The notes beneath the pieces were generated by a model. That model searched no databases, had not been told where the DNA came from, and saw nothing but the letters and a program-made list of their open reading frames with translations. From a virus (lineage: Duplodnaviria; Heunggongvirae; Uroviricota; Caudoviricetes), in the IMG/VR virus record IMGVR_UViG_2711768002_000014: a stretch of 39,760 nucleotides of DNA; one strand, given 5' to 3'. Positions within the stretch are counted from its first letter, which is position 1. Each line of letters starts with the position of its first letter. Position numbers and translations under genes: made by a program. Of this stretch, positions 26,507-39,760 are shown piece by piece.

Positions 26507-29500
26507 TTTGGGGATTGATGCGGCAGAGTTTAAAAATGAAATTCCCCGTATCAAAAACCTTCTGAATGGTGCAGCCAGCGATGCAGAACGGTCTTCTGCC
26601 CGTATGCAGCGTTTTATGGAGCGTCAGACTCAGGCCGCCCGGCAGACAACGCAGGCGGCTTCTTCGGCTGCAACAGCCGCATCCGTCCATGCGCAGACGG
26701 TGGAGAAGAACGCACAGGCTCATGAACGCATGTCCCGCGAGGTGGAGAAAACCCGCCAGCGCATGGAGGCACTGAGCCAGAAAATGCGCGAGGAACAGGC
26801 GCAGGCCATGGCTCTGGCGGAGGCTCAGGATAAAGCGGCTGCTGCGTTTTATCGTCAGATTGACAGTGTGAAACAGGCCAGTGCGGGGCTGCAGGAATTA
26901 CAGCGTATTCAGCAGCAGATCCGACAGGCCAGAAACAGTGGCGGGATTGGTCAGCAGGATTATCTGGCGCTGATTTCTGAGGTTACGGCGAAAACCCGTG
27001 TTCTTACACAGGCTGAGGAAGAGGCTACCCGACAGAAAGTGGCGTTTATCCGTCAGCTTAAAGAGCAGGCAACCCGCCAGAATCTTTCATCTTCTGAGTT
27101 GCTTCGTGCTAAGGCTGCCCAGCTGGGGGTAAGCAGTGCTGCAGAAGTGTATATCCGCAAAATGGAGCAGGCAGGAAAAGCCACGCATTCGCTGGGTCTG
27201 AAAAGTGCAGCAGCCCGCCAGGAGATAGGCGTTCTGATAGGTGAACTGGCCCGCGGCAATTTAGGGGCGCTGAGGGGGTCCGGAATAACGCTGGCTAACC
27301 GTGCCGGATGGATAGACACACTGATGTCACCGAAAGGCATGATGCTGGGCGGGGTTATTGGCGGTATTGCCGCGGCTGTCTATGGTCTGGGTAAAGCCTG
27401 GTATGACGGTCAGAAGGAGGGGGAAGAATTTAACCGCCAGTTGTCGCTGACGGGGCATTATGCCGGAGTCACTGCCGGGCAGCTGTGGACGCTCAGTCGT
27501 GCTATTTCCGGGAATGGTATTACGCAACATGCTGCAGCCGGTGCGCTGGCTCAGGTGGTGGGGAGTGGTGCATTTCGTGGAAACGATATCGGTATGGTGG
27601 CGAGAGCTGCCGCACAGATGGAGCGATCGGTTGGCCAGTCGGTCAGCGATACCATAAATCAGTTTAAGCGGCTGAAGGATGATCCTGTAAATGCCGCGAA
27701 GGCTCTGGACAATGAGCTGCATTTTCTTACTGCCACTCAGCTTGAGCAGATACGCGTCCTTGGGGAACAGGGGCGGTCCAGTGATGCGGCACGGATAGCC
27801 ATGTCTGCACTGGCAGAGGAAACCGGTCGGCGTACTGCGGATATTGATAATAACCTCAATGCGCTGGGCAGTACGCTGAAGTATCTGTCTGATTTATGGA
27901 GTCGTTTCTGGGATGCGGCCATGAATATTGGTCGTGAAGACTCGCTGGATGAACAGATTTCCGCTTTACAGGAGAAAGTGTCGCGGGCGAAAAGACTCCC
28001 CTGGACGGCATCATCTTCTCAGGTTGAGTACGATCAGCAGCGTCTTAACGAGCTTCAGGAGAAAAAACGCCAGAAGGATTTGCAGGATGCAAAAGAGCAG
28101 GCAGAGCGGAATTATCAGGAGCAACAGAAACGCCGTAATGCTGAAAATGCTGCACTGAACCGGATGAATGAAACGGAAGCAGCACGACATCAGCGTGAAA
28201 TTGCGCGTATTAATTCCATGCAGTACGCCGATCAGGCTGTCAGGGATGCGGCGATACAACGTGAAAATGAACGTTACGAGAAAGCCCTGGCATCCGGTAA
28301 GAAAAAAACACGCGAACCCCGTAATGATGAGGCCACCCGGTTATTGCTGCAGTACAGTCAGCAACAGGCACAGGTGGAAGGACAGATTGCTGCTGCCAGA
28401 CAGTCAGCAGGCATTGCCACGGAAAGGATGACAGAAGCGCATAAACAGCTTCTGGCTCTGCAGCAGCGCATCAGCGACCTGGACGGGAAAAAACTGACGG
28501 CAGATGAAAAGAGTGTGCTGGCCCGTAAAGATGAACTGATTCAGGCACTGACGCTGCTGGATGTAAAACAGCAGGAGCTTCAGAAACAGACGGCACTCAA
28601 CGAGCTGAAGAAAAAAACAATTCAGCTGACCAGTCAACTGGCTGAAGAAGAGCGCGCTCAGCGTCAGCAACATGACCTGGATATCGCCACGGTGGGTATG
28701 GGTGATCAGCAGCGGCAGCGATATCAGGTACAACTGAGTCTTCGCCAGAAATACCAGCAACAGCTGGAGCAGTTGAGGCGGGATAGTGAGCAGAAAGGAA
28801 CATATAACACGGATGACTACAGAAAGGCCGAGCAGGCGCTGACGGAGAGCCTGAACCGACAACTGAATGAGAATCGCCGTTACTGGCAACAGCTTGAAGT
28901 TGTGCAGGGTAACTGGAAAAACGGAGTCCTGCGTGCATTTCAGGATTTTACCGTGGATGCAGATAATACGGCAGGAACAGCAGAACAGGTGTTCTCGTCA
29001 GCCTTCAGCAACATGGGAAATGGCCTGGCAACTTTTGTCACTACCGGCAAACTCAATTTCAAATCCTTCACCTCTTCTGTGCTGTCAGATATGGCGAAAA
29101 TCCTGGCGCAGGCAACCATGATGAAATCGATAAAAGGGATTGGCAGTGTACTGGGATTTGATCTCAGCAGCCTTTCCCTGAATGCCAATGGGGGGATTTA
29201 TCAGTCTGCTGATTTGAGTCGTTACAGTGGCACGGTGGTTAACCGTCCGACGTTTTTTGCTTTTGCAAAAGGCGCGGGTGTGATGGGGGAAGCGGGACCT
29301 GAAGCCATTCTGCCACTGCGTCGTGGTGCTGACGGTAAGCTGGGGGTTGTGGCGGATATTGGTGGTTCAGGTATGGCGATGTTTGCCCCGCAGTACAACA
29401 TCGAGATCAATAACGATGGCACGAACGGGCAGATAGGTCCGGCTGCCCTGAAGGTGGTTTATGACCTTGGGAAAAAAGCGGCAGCGGACTTTATGCAACA

Positions 29501-29543
29501 GCAGGCCCGTGATGGTGGTCGGTTAAGTGGAGCATATCGGTAA
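26478..29543 (+). CDS. H: tail tape measure protein H
   Basis: 1021 aa, coiled-coil rich; GGAGG upstream of ATG 26478. Confidence 0.9.
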   Translation: MDQIANLVIDLGIDAAEFKNEIPRIKNLLNGAASDAERSSARMQRFMERQTQAARQTTQAASSAATAASVHAQTVEKNAQAHERMSREVEKTRQRMEALSQKMREEQAQAMALAEAQDKAAAAFYRQIDSVKQASAGLQELQRIQQQIRQARNSGGIGQQDYLALISEVTAKTRVLTQAEEEATRQKVAFIRQLKEQATRQNLSSSELLRAKAAQLGVSSAAEVYIRKMEQAGKATHSLGLKSAAARQEIGVLIGELARGNLGALRGSGITLANRAGWIDTLMSPKGMMLGGVIGGIAAAVYGLGKAWYDGQKEGEEFNRQLSLTGHYAGVTAGQLWTLSRAISGNGITQHAAAGALAQVVGSGAFRGNDIGMVARAAAQMERSVGQSVSDTINQFKRLKDDPVNAAKALDNELHFLTATQLEQIRVLGEQGRSSDAARIAMSALAEETGRRTADIDNNLNALGSTLKYLSDLWSRFWDAAMNIGREDSLDEQISALQEKVSRAKRLPWTASSSQVEYDQQRLNELQEKKRQKDLQDAKEQAERNYQEQQKRRNAENAALNRMNETEAARHQREIARINSMQYADQAVRDAAIQRENERYEKALASGKKKTREPRNDEATRLLLQYSQQQAQVEGQIAAARQSAGIATERMTEAHKQLLALQQRISDLDGKKLTADEKSVLARKDELIQALTLLDVKQQELQKQTALNELKKKTIQLTSQLAEEERAQRQQHDLDIATVGMGDQQRQRYQVQLSLRQKYQQQLEQLRRDSEQKGTYNTDDYRKAEQALTESLNRQLNENRRYWQQLEVVQGNWKNGVLRAFQDFTVDADNTAGTAEQVFSSAFSNMGNGLATFVTTGKLNFKSFTSSVLSDMAKILAQATMMKSIKGIGSVLGFDLSSLSLNANGGIYQSADLSRYSGTVVNRPTFFAFAKGAGVMGEAGPEAILPLRRGADGKLGVVADIGGSGMAMFAPQYNIEINNDGTNGQIGPAALKVVYDLGKKAAADFMQQQARDGGRLSGAYR

Positions 29544-29872
29544 TGGAGACGTTTCACTGGAAAGTGCGCCCGGATATGAATGTGGTATCAGAGCCGAAAG
29601 TGGTGACAGTGAAGCTGGGCGATGGTTATGAACAGCGTCGTGCGGCGGGACTGAATAACCAGTTGTCGACTTACAGCGTGACGATACGTGTTCGTAAATG
29701 TGAACACCCATCTTTAAAAGCCTTTCTGGAACGGCACGGTGGCGTCCGCGCATTTCAGTGGACGCCACCTTATGACTGGAAGCCGATCAGGGTGGTTTGT
29801 CGTAAATGGTCGGCAAGCGTGGGGGCGTTGTGGGTAACCATAACGGCAGATTTTGAACAGGTCGTGGCATAG
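29543..29872 (+). CDS. M: minor tail protein M
   Basis: 109 aa; FHWKVRPDMNVVSEP...GDGYEQR...YSVTI...FQWTPPYDWKPIRV matches remembered lambda M. Confidence 0.9.
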   Translation: METFHWKVRPDMNVVSEPKVVTVKLGDGYEQRRAAGLNNQLSTYSVTIRVRKCEHPSLKAFLERHGGVRAFQWTPPYDWKPIRVVCRKWSASVGALWVTITADFEQVVA

Positions 29873-29881
29873 GAGTCTCTG

Positions 29882-30866
29882 ATGCAGGATATTCCACAGG
29901 AAACACATCATGAGACGACACGCCTCACTCAGTCAGCCCAGGTGGTGCTCTGGGAAATCGATCTGACAGAGGTCGGTGGAGAACGTTATTTTTTCTGTAA
30001 TGAGCAGAACGAAAAAGGTGAGCCGGTCACCTGGCAGGGGCGACAGTATCAGGCGTATCCCATTCAGGGGACGGGATTTGAACTGAACGGCAAGGGCAGT
30101 GCTGCCCGTCCGACACTGACGGTTNNNNNNNNNNNNNNNNNNNNNNNNNNNNNNNNNNNNNNNNNNNNNNNNNNNNNNNNNNNNNNNNNNNNNNNNNNNN
30201 NNNNNNNNNNNNNNNNNNNNNNNNNNNNNNNNNNNNNNNNNNNNNNNNNNNNNNNNNNNNNNNNNNNNNNNNNNNNNNNNNNNNNNNNNNNNNNNNNNNN
30301 NNNNNNNNNNNNNNNNNNNNNNNNNNNNNNNNNNNNNNNNNNNNNNNNNNNNNNNNNNNNNNNNNNNNNNNNNNNNNNNNNNNNNNNNNNNNNNNNNNNN
30401 NNNNNNNNNNNNNNNNNNNNNNNNNNNNNNNNNNNNNNNNNNNNNNNNNNNNNNNNNNNNNNNNNNNNNNNNNNNNNNNNNNNNNNNNNNNNNNNNNNNN
30501 NNNNNNNNNNNNNNNNNNNNNNNNNNNNNNNNNNNNNNNNNNNNNNNNNNNNNNNNNNNNNNNNNNNNNNNNNNNNNNNNNNNNNNNNNNNNNNNNNNNN
30601 NNNNNNNNNNNNNNNNNNNNNNNNNNNNNNNNNNNNNNNNNNNNNNNNNNNNNNNNNNNNNNNNNNNNNNNNNNNNNNNNNNNNNNNNNNNNNNNNNTCG
30701 CGGCGATGAGTGCGGTTATCACGGTCCGGCGGTCGCGGATGAATATGATCAGCCGACGTCCGATATCACGAAGGATAAATGCAGCAAATGCCTGAGCGGC
30801 TGTAAGTTTCGCAATAACGTCGGCAACTTTGGCGGCTTCCTTTCCATTAACAAACTTTCGCAGTAA
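29882..30866 (+). CDS. L: minor tail protein L (interrupted by an assembly gap)
   Basis: N-terminal 81 aa and C-terminal ~55 aa (RGDECGYHGPAVADEYDQPTSDITKDKCSKCLSGCKFRNNVGNFGGFLSINKLSQ) match remembered lambda L; middle replaced by N. Confidence 0.85.
30125..30697. other. assembly gap (573 N)
   Basis: Run of n; flanks do not preserve the L reading frame. Confidence 1.
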
Positions 30867-30871
30867 ATCCC

Positions 30872-31615
30872 ATGACAGAGACAGAATCAGCGATTCTGGC
30901 GCACGCCCGGCGATGTGCGCCAGCGGAGTCGTGCGGCTTCGTGGTGAGAACACCGGAGGGGGAAAGATATTTTCCCTGCGTGAATATCTCCGGTGAGCCG
31001 GAGGAGTATTTCCGGATGTCGCCGGAGGACTGGCTGCGGGCAGAGATGCAGGGTGAGATTGTGGCGCTGGTCCACAGCCACCCCGGTGGTCTGCCCTGGC
31101 TGAGTGAGGCCGACCGGCGGCTGCAGGTGCAGAGTGATTTGCCGTGGTGGCTGGTCTGCCGGGGGGCGATTCACAAGTTCCGCTGTGTGCCACATCTTAC
31201 CGGGCGGCGCTTTGAGCACGGGGTGACGGACTGTTACACGCTGTTCCGGGATGCTTACCATCTGGCGGGGATTGAGATGCCGGATTTTCATCGCGGGGAT
31301 GACTGGTGGCGTCACGGTCAGAATCTCTATCTGGATAATCTGGAGGCTACAGGGCTGTATCAGGTGCCGTTGTCAGCGGCGCAGCCGGGCGATGTGCTGC
31401 TGTGCTGTTTTGGTTCATCGGTGCCGAATCATGCCGCCATTTACTGTGGTGACGGCGAGCTGCTGCACCATATTCCTGAACAACTGAGCAAACGAGAGAG
31501 GTATACCGACAAATGGCAGCGACGCACACACTCCCTCTGGCGTCACCGGGCATGGCACGCATCTGCCTTTACGGGGATTTACAACGATTTGGCCGCCGCA
31601 TCGACCTTCGAGTGA
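30872..31615 (+). CDS. K: tail tip assembly protein K (JAB/MPN plus NlpC/P60-like)
   Basis: HSHPGG motif (JAB metalloprotease-like) and lambda K-like position after L; 3' end overlaps I. Confidence 0.85.
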   Translation: MTETESAILAHARRCAPAESCGFVVRTPEGERYFPCVNISGEPEEYFRMSPEDWLRAEMQGEIVALVHSHPGGLPWLSEADRRLQVQSDLPWWLVCRGAIHKFRCVPHLTGRRFEHGVTDCYTLFRDAYHLAGIEMPDFHRGDDWWRHGQNLYLDNLEATGLYQVPLSAAQPGDVLLCCFGSSVPNHAAIYCGDGELLHHIPEQLSKRERYTDKWQRRTHSLWRHRAWHASAFTGIYNDLAAASTFE

Positions 31616-32160
31616 AAACGGGGTCCGAAGCCATCCGGGCGCTGGCCATGCAGATCCCGGCGTTTCGTCAGAAACTGAATGAGGGCTGGTATCAGGTGCG
31701 CATTGCCGGGCGTGATGCAGGCGAAAATGAATTATCTGCCCGTCTTAATGAGCCGCTGGCAAATGGTGCCGTGATCCACATCGTGCCGCGTCTGGCGGGA
31801 GCTAAAAGTGGCGGTGTGTTTCAGGTGGTGCTTGGGGCGGCGCTGATTGCGGTGGCATGGTGGAACCCTGTGGGCTGGCTGGGGGCCGCGGCTGTATCGG
31901 GCATGTATGCGGCAGGGGCCAGTATGATCCTGGGCGGAGTGGCGCAGATGCTGGCACCGAAAGCCAGGACGCCCACGGCAGCCAGTACAGATAACGGCAA
32001 ACAGAACACCTATTTCTCCTCACTGGATAACATGGTTGCCCAGGGCAATGTTCTGCCTGTTCTGTACGGTGAAATGCGCGTGGGGTCACGTGTGGTTTCT
32101 CAGGAGATCAGCACGGCAGACGAAGGGGATGGTGGTCAGGTTGTGGTGATTGGTCGCTGA
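31513..32160 (+). CDS. I: tail tip assembly protein I
   Basis: MAATHTLPLASPGMARICLYGDLQRFG... and C-terminal NVLPVLYGEMRVGSRVVSQEISTADEGDGGQVVVIGR as remembered for lambda I. Confidence 0.85.
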   Translation: MAATHTLPLASPGMARICLYGDLQRFGRRIDLRVKTGSEAIRALAMQIPAFRQKLNEGWYQVRIAGRDAGENELSARLNEPLANGAVIHIVPRLAGAKSGGVFQVVLGAALIAVAWWNPVGWLGAAAVSGMYAAGASMILGGVAQMLAPKARTPTAASTDNGKQNTYFSSLDNMVAQGNVLPVLYGEMRVGSRVVSQEISTADEGDGGQVVVIGR

Positions 32161-32217
32161 TGCAAAATGTTTTATGTGAAACCGCCTCCGGGCGGTTTTG
32201 TCGTTTATGGAGCGTGA

Positions 32218-35241
<3,024 letters not shown>

Positions 35242-35263
35242 AATATTTATAACCCCAATAAAG

Positions 35264-35287
35264 GGCGTCAGGAATGACGCCTTTTTT
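35264..35287 (+). terminator. hairpin plus T-run between J and lom
   Basis: ggcgtcaggaatgacgcc followed by tttttt. Confidence 0.5.
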
Positions 35288-35311
35288 ATTGCAGAAAAGC
35301 GAGAGGTAATT

Positions 35312-35911
35312 ATGCGTAAAGTTTGTGCAGCAATTTTGTCCGCAGCCATTTGTCTGGCCGTATCCGGTGCGCCTGCATGGGCGTCTGAACATCAGTCCAC
35401 GCTGAGCGCGGGGTATCTTCATGCCTCGACGAACGTCCCCGGCAGTGATGATCTGAACGGGATTAACGTGAAATACCGTTATGAGTTTACGGACACACTG
35501 GGGCTGGTGACGTCATTCAGCTATGCAGGAGACAAGAATCGCCAGCTGACCCGTTACAGCGATACCCGCTGGCATGAAGATTCCGTTCGTAACCGCTGGT
35601 TCAGCGTAATGGCGGGGCCGTCTGTGCGCGTGAATGAATGGTTCAGCGCGTATGCGATGGCGGGTGTGGCTTACAGCCGTGTGTCGACTTTCTCCGGGGA
35701 TTATCTTCGCGTAACTGACAACAAGGGGAAAACGCACGATGTGCTGACCGGAAGTGATGACGGTCGCCACAGCAACACGTCTCTGGCGTGGGGAGCTGGC
35801 GTGCAGTTTAACCCGACCGAATCCGTGGCCATTGATATTGCTTATGAAGGCTCCGGCAGTGGCGACTGGCGCACTGACGGTTTCATCGTGGGTGTCGGTT
35901 ATAAATTCTGA
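35312..35911 (+). CDS. lom: Lom outer-membrane protein (Ail/Lom family)
   Basis: Signal peptide; C-terminus IDIAYEGSGSGDWRTDGFIVGVGYKF matches remembered lambda Lom. Confidence 0.9.
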   Translation: MRKVCAAILSAAICLAVSGAPAWASEHQSTLSAGYLHASTNVPGSDDLNGINVKYRYEFTDTLGLVTSFSYAGDKNRQLTRYSDTRWHEDSVRNRWFSVMAGPSVRVNEWFSAYAMAGVAYSRVSTFSGDYLRVTDNKGKTHDVLTGSDDGRHSNTSLAWGAGVQFNPTESVAIDIAYEGSGSGDWRTDGFIVGVGYKF

Positions 35912-35936
35912 TTAGCCAGGTAACACAGTGTTATGA

Positions 35937-35964
35937 CAGCCCGCCGGTTCAGGCGGGCTTTTTT
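35937..35964 (+). terminator. rho-independent terminator after lom
   Basis: cagcccgccggttcaggcgggc followed by tttttt. Confidence 0.6.
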
Positions 35965-35975
35965 GTGGGGTGAAT

Positions 35976-38900
35976 ATGGCAGTAAAGATTTCAGGTGTAC
36001 TGAAAGACGGCACAGGAAAACCGGTACAGAACTGCACAATCCAGCTGAAAGCAAAACGTAACAGCACCACGGTGGTGGTGAACACGCTGGCCTCAGAAAA
36101 TCCGGATGAAGCCGGGCGTTACAGCATGGACGTTGAGTACGGTCAGTACAGCGTTATTCTGTTGGTGGAAGGATTCCCGCCGTCACATGCCGGGACCATC
36201 ACCGTGTATGAAGATTCCCGACCCGGTACGCTGAATGATTTTCTCGGTGCCATGACGGAGGATGATGCCCGTCCTGAGGCACTGCGCCGCTTTGAACTGA
36301 TGGTGGAAGAGGTGGCGCGTAACGCGTCCGCGGTGGCACAGAACACGGCAGCCGCGAAGAAATCAGCCAGCGATGCCAGCACATCAGCCCGTGAGGCGGC
36401 AACCCGTGCGACTGATGCTGCAGGCTCAGCACGAGCAGCCAGCACGTCAGCCGGACAGGCCGCTTCGTCGGCTCAGTCTGCGTCTTCCAGCGCAGGAACG
36501 GCATCAGCAAAGGCCACTGAAGCATCAAAAAGTGCTGCCGCTGCAGAGTCCTCAAAAAGCGCGGCGGCCACCAGTGCCGGTGCGGCGAAAACGTCAGAAA
36601 CGAATGCGGCAGCGTCACAACAATCAGCTGCCACTTCTGCATCCACCGCGACCACGAAAGCGTCAGAAGCAGCCACCTCAGCCAGAGATGCGTCGGCTTC
36701 AAAAGAGGCGGCAAAATTATCAGAAACGAGCGCAGCTTCGAGCGCCAGTAATGCCGCTTCCTCGGCAACGGCGGCAGGAAATTCCGCGAAGGCGGCAAAG
36801 ACGTCTGAGACAAACGCTAAGTCCTCTGAAACGGCAGCAGCACAGAGTGCCTCCGCAGCAGCAGGCTCAAAAACAGCGGCTGCGTCGTCTGCCAGTGCAG
36901 CGTCAACAAGTGCCGGGCAGGCCTCAGCCAGTGCTAGCGCCGCCGGAAAATCGGCAGAAAGCGCCGCATCGTCCGCTTCAACAGCCACAACGAAGGCTGG
37001 CGAAGCCACTGAACAGGCCAGTGCAGCAGCGAGGTCTGCTTCCGCAGCGAAGACATCGGAGACGAACGCGAAAGCGTCGGAGACCAGCGCAGAATCCTCA
37101 AAAACGGCTGCCGCATCGTCCGCCAGTTCGGCGGCGTCATCGGCATCATCGGCGTCTGCTTCAAAAGATGAGGCGACCAGACAAGCGTCCGCAGCGAAGG
37201 GCAGCGCCACGACAGCATCCACGAAGGCGACAGAGGCTGCTGGCAGTGCGACGGCGGCAGCACAGAGCAAAAGTACGGCGGAATCCGCGGCAACGCGCGC
37301 CGAGACAGCAGCAAAACGGGCAGAGGATATTGCATCCGCCGTGGCGCTTGAGGATGCGAGCACGACGAAAAAGGGGATAGTACAGCTCAGTAGTGCGACT
37401 AATAGCACGTCTGAAACGCTGGCGGCAACGCCAAAGGCAGTAAAAGCAGCCAATGACAATGCTGAGAAACGTCTGCAGAAAGACCAGAACGGCGNNNNNN
37501 NNNNNNNNNNNNNNNNNNNNNNNNNNNNNNNNNNNNNNNNNNNNNNNNNNNNNNNNNNNNNNNNNNNNNNNNNNNNNNNNNNNNNNNNNNNNNNNNNNNN
37601 NNNNNNNNNNNNNNNNNNNNNNNNNNNNNNNNNNNNNNNNNNNNNNNNNNNNNNNNNNNNNNNNNNNNNNNNNNNNNNNNNNNNNNNNNNNNNNNNNNNN
37701 NNNNNNNNNNNNNNNNNNNNNNNNNNNNNNNNNNNNNNNNNNNNNNNNNNNNNNNNNNNNNNNNNNNNNNNNNNNNNNNNNNNNNNNNNNNNNNNNNNNN
37801 NNNNNNNNNNNNNNNNNNNNNNNNNNNNNNNNNNNNNNNNNNNNNNNNNNNNNNNNNNNNNNNNNNNNNNNNNNNNNNNNNNNNNNNNNNNNNNNNNNNN
37901 NNNNNNNNGAACAACATTAACGCGGTCAGTAAAACAGACTTTGCTGATAAGCGTGGTATGCGTTATGTGCGGGTTAACGCTCCTGCAGGTGCAACATCTG
38001 GAAAATATTACCCTGTTGTTGTTATGCGTTCTGCTGGCTCAGTAAGCGAACTGGCATCAAGGGTCATTATCACCACGGCAACGCGAATCGCAGGCGATCC
38101 GATGAATAACTGCGAGTTTAACGGATTTGTTATGCCTGGTGGCTGGACTGACAGGGGGCGTTATGCTTATGGAATGTTCTGGCAATATCAAAACAATGAA
38201 CGAGCCATCCACTCAATAATGATGAGTAATAAGGGCGATGATTTGCGCTCTGTGTTCTATGTTGATGGCGCTGCTTTCCCTGTTTTTGCGTTTCTCGAAG
38301 ATGGCCTGTCAATATCCGCACCTGGTGCTGATCTCGTTGTTAATGATACGACCTATAAGTTTGGGGCAACAAATCCGGCGACTGAATGTATCGCGGCGGA
38401 CGTTATCCTTGATTTTAAGAGTGGGCGTGGTTTTTATGAGTCTCATTCGTTAATCGTTAACGATAACTTGTCGTGCAAAAAACTTTTTGCCACAGACGAA
38501 ATTGTAGCGCGTGGTGGTAATCAGATTCGAATGATAGGTGGGGAGTATGGTGCATTATGGCGTAATGATGGCGCTAAAACTTACCTGCTGCTTACCAATC
38601 AAGGTGATGTTTATGGTGGCTGGAATACATTAAGACCGTTTGTTATTGATAACGCAACCGGCGAACTGGTTATTGGAACCAAACTGTCTGCAAGTCTGAA
38701 CGGTAACGCATTGACAGCAACAAAGCTGCAAACGCCAAGACTGGTTTCTGGTGTTGAGTTTGATGGTTCCAAAGATATTACTTTAACCGCCGCGCATGTG
38801 GCTGCTTTTGCCAGAAGGGCAACGGATACATATGCCGATGCGGATGGTGGCGTTCCATGGAATGCCGAATCAGGCGCTTACAATGTCACCCGCTCTGGCA

Positions 38901-39760
38901 ACAGCTATATTCTGGTTAACTTCTATACCGGAGTCGGAAGTTGCCGGACCTTGCAGATGAAGGCGCATTACAGAAATGGTGGTCTGTTCTACCGTTCTTC
39001 AAGAGACGGTTATGGTTTTGAGGAAGACTGGGCAGAAGTTTATACCTCGAAAAATCTTCCACCAGAAAGCTACCCAGTCGGTGCACCAATCCCGTGGCCA
39101 TCAGATACCGTTCCGTCTGGTTATGCCCTGATGCAGGGACAGACTTTTGACAAATCTGCTTACCCGAAACTTGCAGCCGTTTATCCGTCAGGTGTGATCC
39201 CTGATATGCGTGGCTGGACGATTAAGGGCAAACCTGCCAGTGGTCGGGCCGTATTGTCTCAGGAACAGGACGGCATTAAATCGCATACCCACAGCGCCAG
39301 CGCATCCAGTACGGATTTGGGGACGAAAACCACATCGTCGTTTGATTACGGCACTAAATCCACGAATAACACTGGTGCGCATACCCATAGTTTAAGTGGC
39401 AGCACGAATGCAGCTGGTAATCACAGCCATAGAGATGGCCGTCGATTTAACCCCAGTGTTTTTAAAGATACTTATCAATATGGTTATACAAGCTCAGGTC
39501 AAAATACCTGGGGTGTACAAGGCTCAGTAGGTATGTCTACGGGGTGGTTAGCGAATACCAGTACAGATGGTAATCATAGCCACTCACTGTCCGGCACAGC
39601 AGCATCTGCAGGTGCACACGCGCATACTGTCGGTATTGGTGCTCATACGCACTCCGTTGCGATTGGTTCACATGGACATACCATCACCGTTAACGCTGCG
39701 GGTAACGCGGAAAACACCGTCAAAAACATCGCATTTAACTATATTGTGAGGCTTGCATAA
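35976..39760 (+). CDS. stf: side tail fiber Stf, mosaic and interrupted by an assembly gap
   Basis: N-terminus [26 protein letters not shown] and Ala/Ser-rich repeats as remembered for lambda Stf; C-terminus (GAPIPWPSD...[18 protein letters not shown]) also lambda-like; frame continuity across the gap not guaranteed. Confidence 0.8.
37495..37908. other. assembly gap (414 N)
   Basis: Run of n inside stf. Confidence 1.

Noticed and set aside
36199-37459. Several long plus and minus ORFs (for example 36373-37380 +, 36473-37459 -, 36199-36813 -) inside the stf Ala/Ser-rich repeat region
   Set aside because: Low-complexity products (poly-Arg/Pro/Gln or poly-Ala) generated by the repetitive GC-rich coding sequence of stf.

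Overview
This window is a lambdoid prophage segment (lambda / phage-21 / Qin-like mosaic) from an enterobacterial genome, read by eye from the sequence and the ORF track; no database searches were run, and all family assignments are from remembered motifs and remembered lambda / phage 21 sequences. Left to right: a plus-strand three-gene accessory module (Panacea/DUF4065 protein, overlapping unknown protein, small ORF); the distal leftward early operon on the minus strand (PrtN/Xis-like, an AT-rich membrane-anchored unknown, YfdQ-like, YfdP-like); the immunity region (S24-peptidase CI-like repressor, Cro/YdaS-like, CII/YdaT-like, with TGTACC-N5-GGTACA operators); a replication/nin-like region (HTH initiator with internal iteron-like repeats, PerC-like, Dam-type MTase, LexA-DBD-only protein, RusA, KilA-N, DUF968, Q antiterminator with pR'/tR'); a Q-to-lysis moron hotspot (lipoprotein flanked by duplicated terminators, small wHTH-like protein, orphan N6/N4 MTase); a phage-21-type lysis cassette (pinholin, SAR endolysin, Rz/Rz1); a cos site; lambda-like terminase and head genes (gpW, portal, ClpP-protease-capsid fusion, FII-like); and a tail module that matches my recollection of lambda Z-U-V-G-T-H-M-L-K-I-J-lom-stf very closely. 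Three N-run gaps (14913-15135, 30125-30697, 37495-37908) and one ambiguous base (35234) interrupt the holin, L, stf and the J 3' end. The best candidates for something undescribed are the Panacea-associated module at 1-1247, the AT-rich membrane protein at 1568-2401, the structured leader downstream of pL, the LexA-DBD-only protein, and the terminator-flanked lipoprotein moron.
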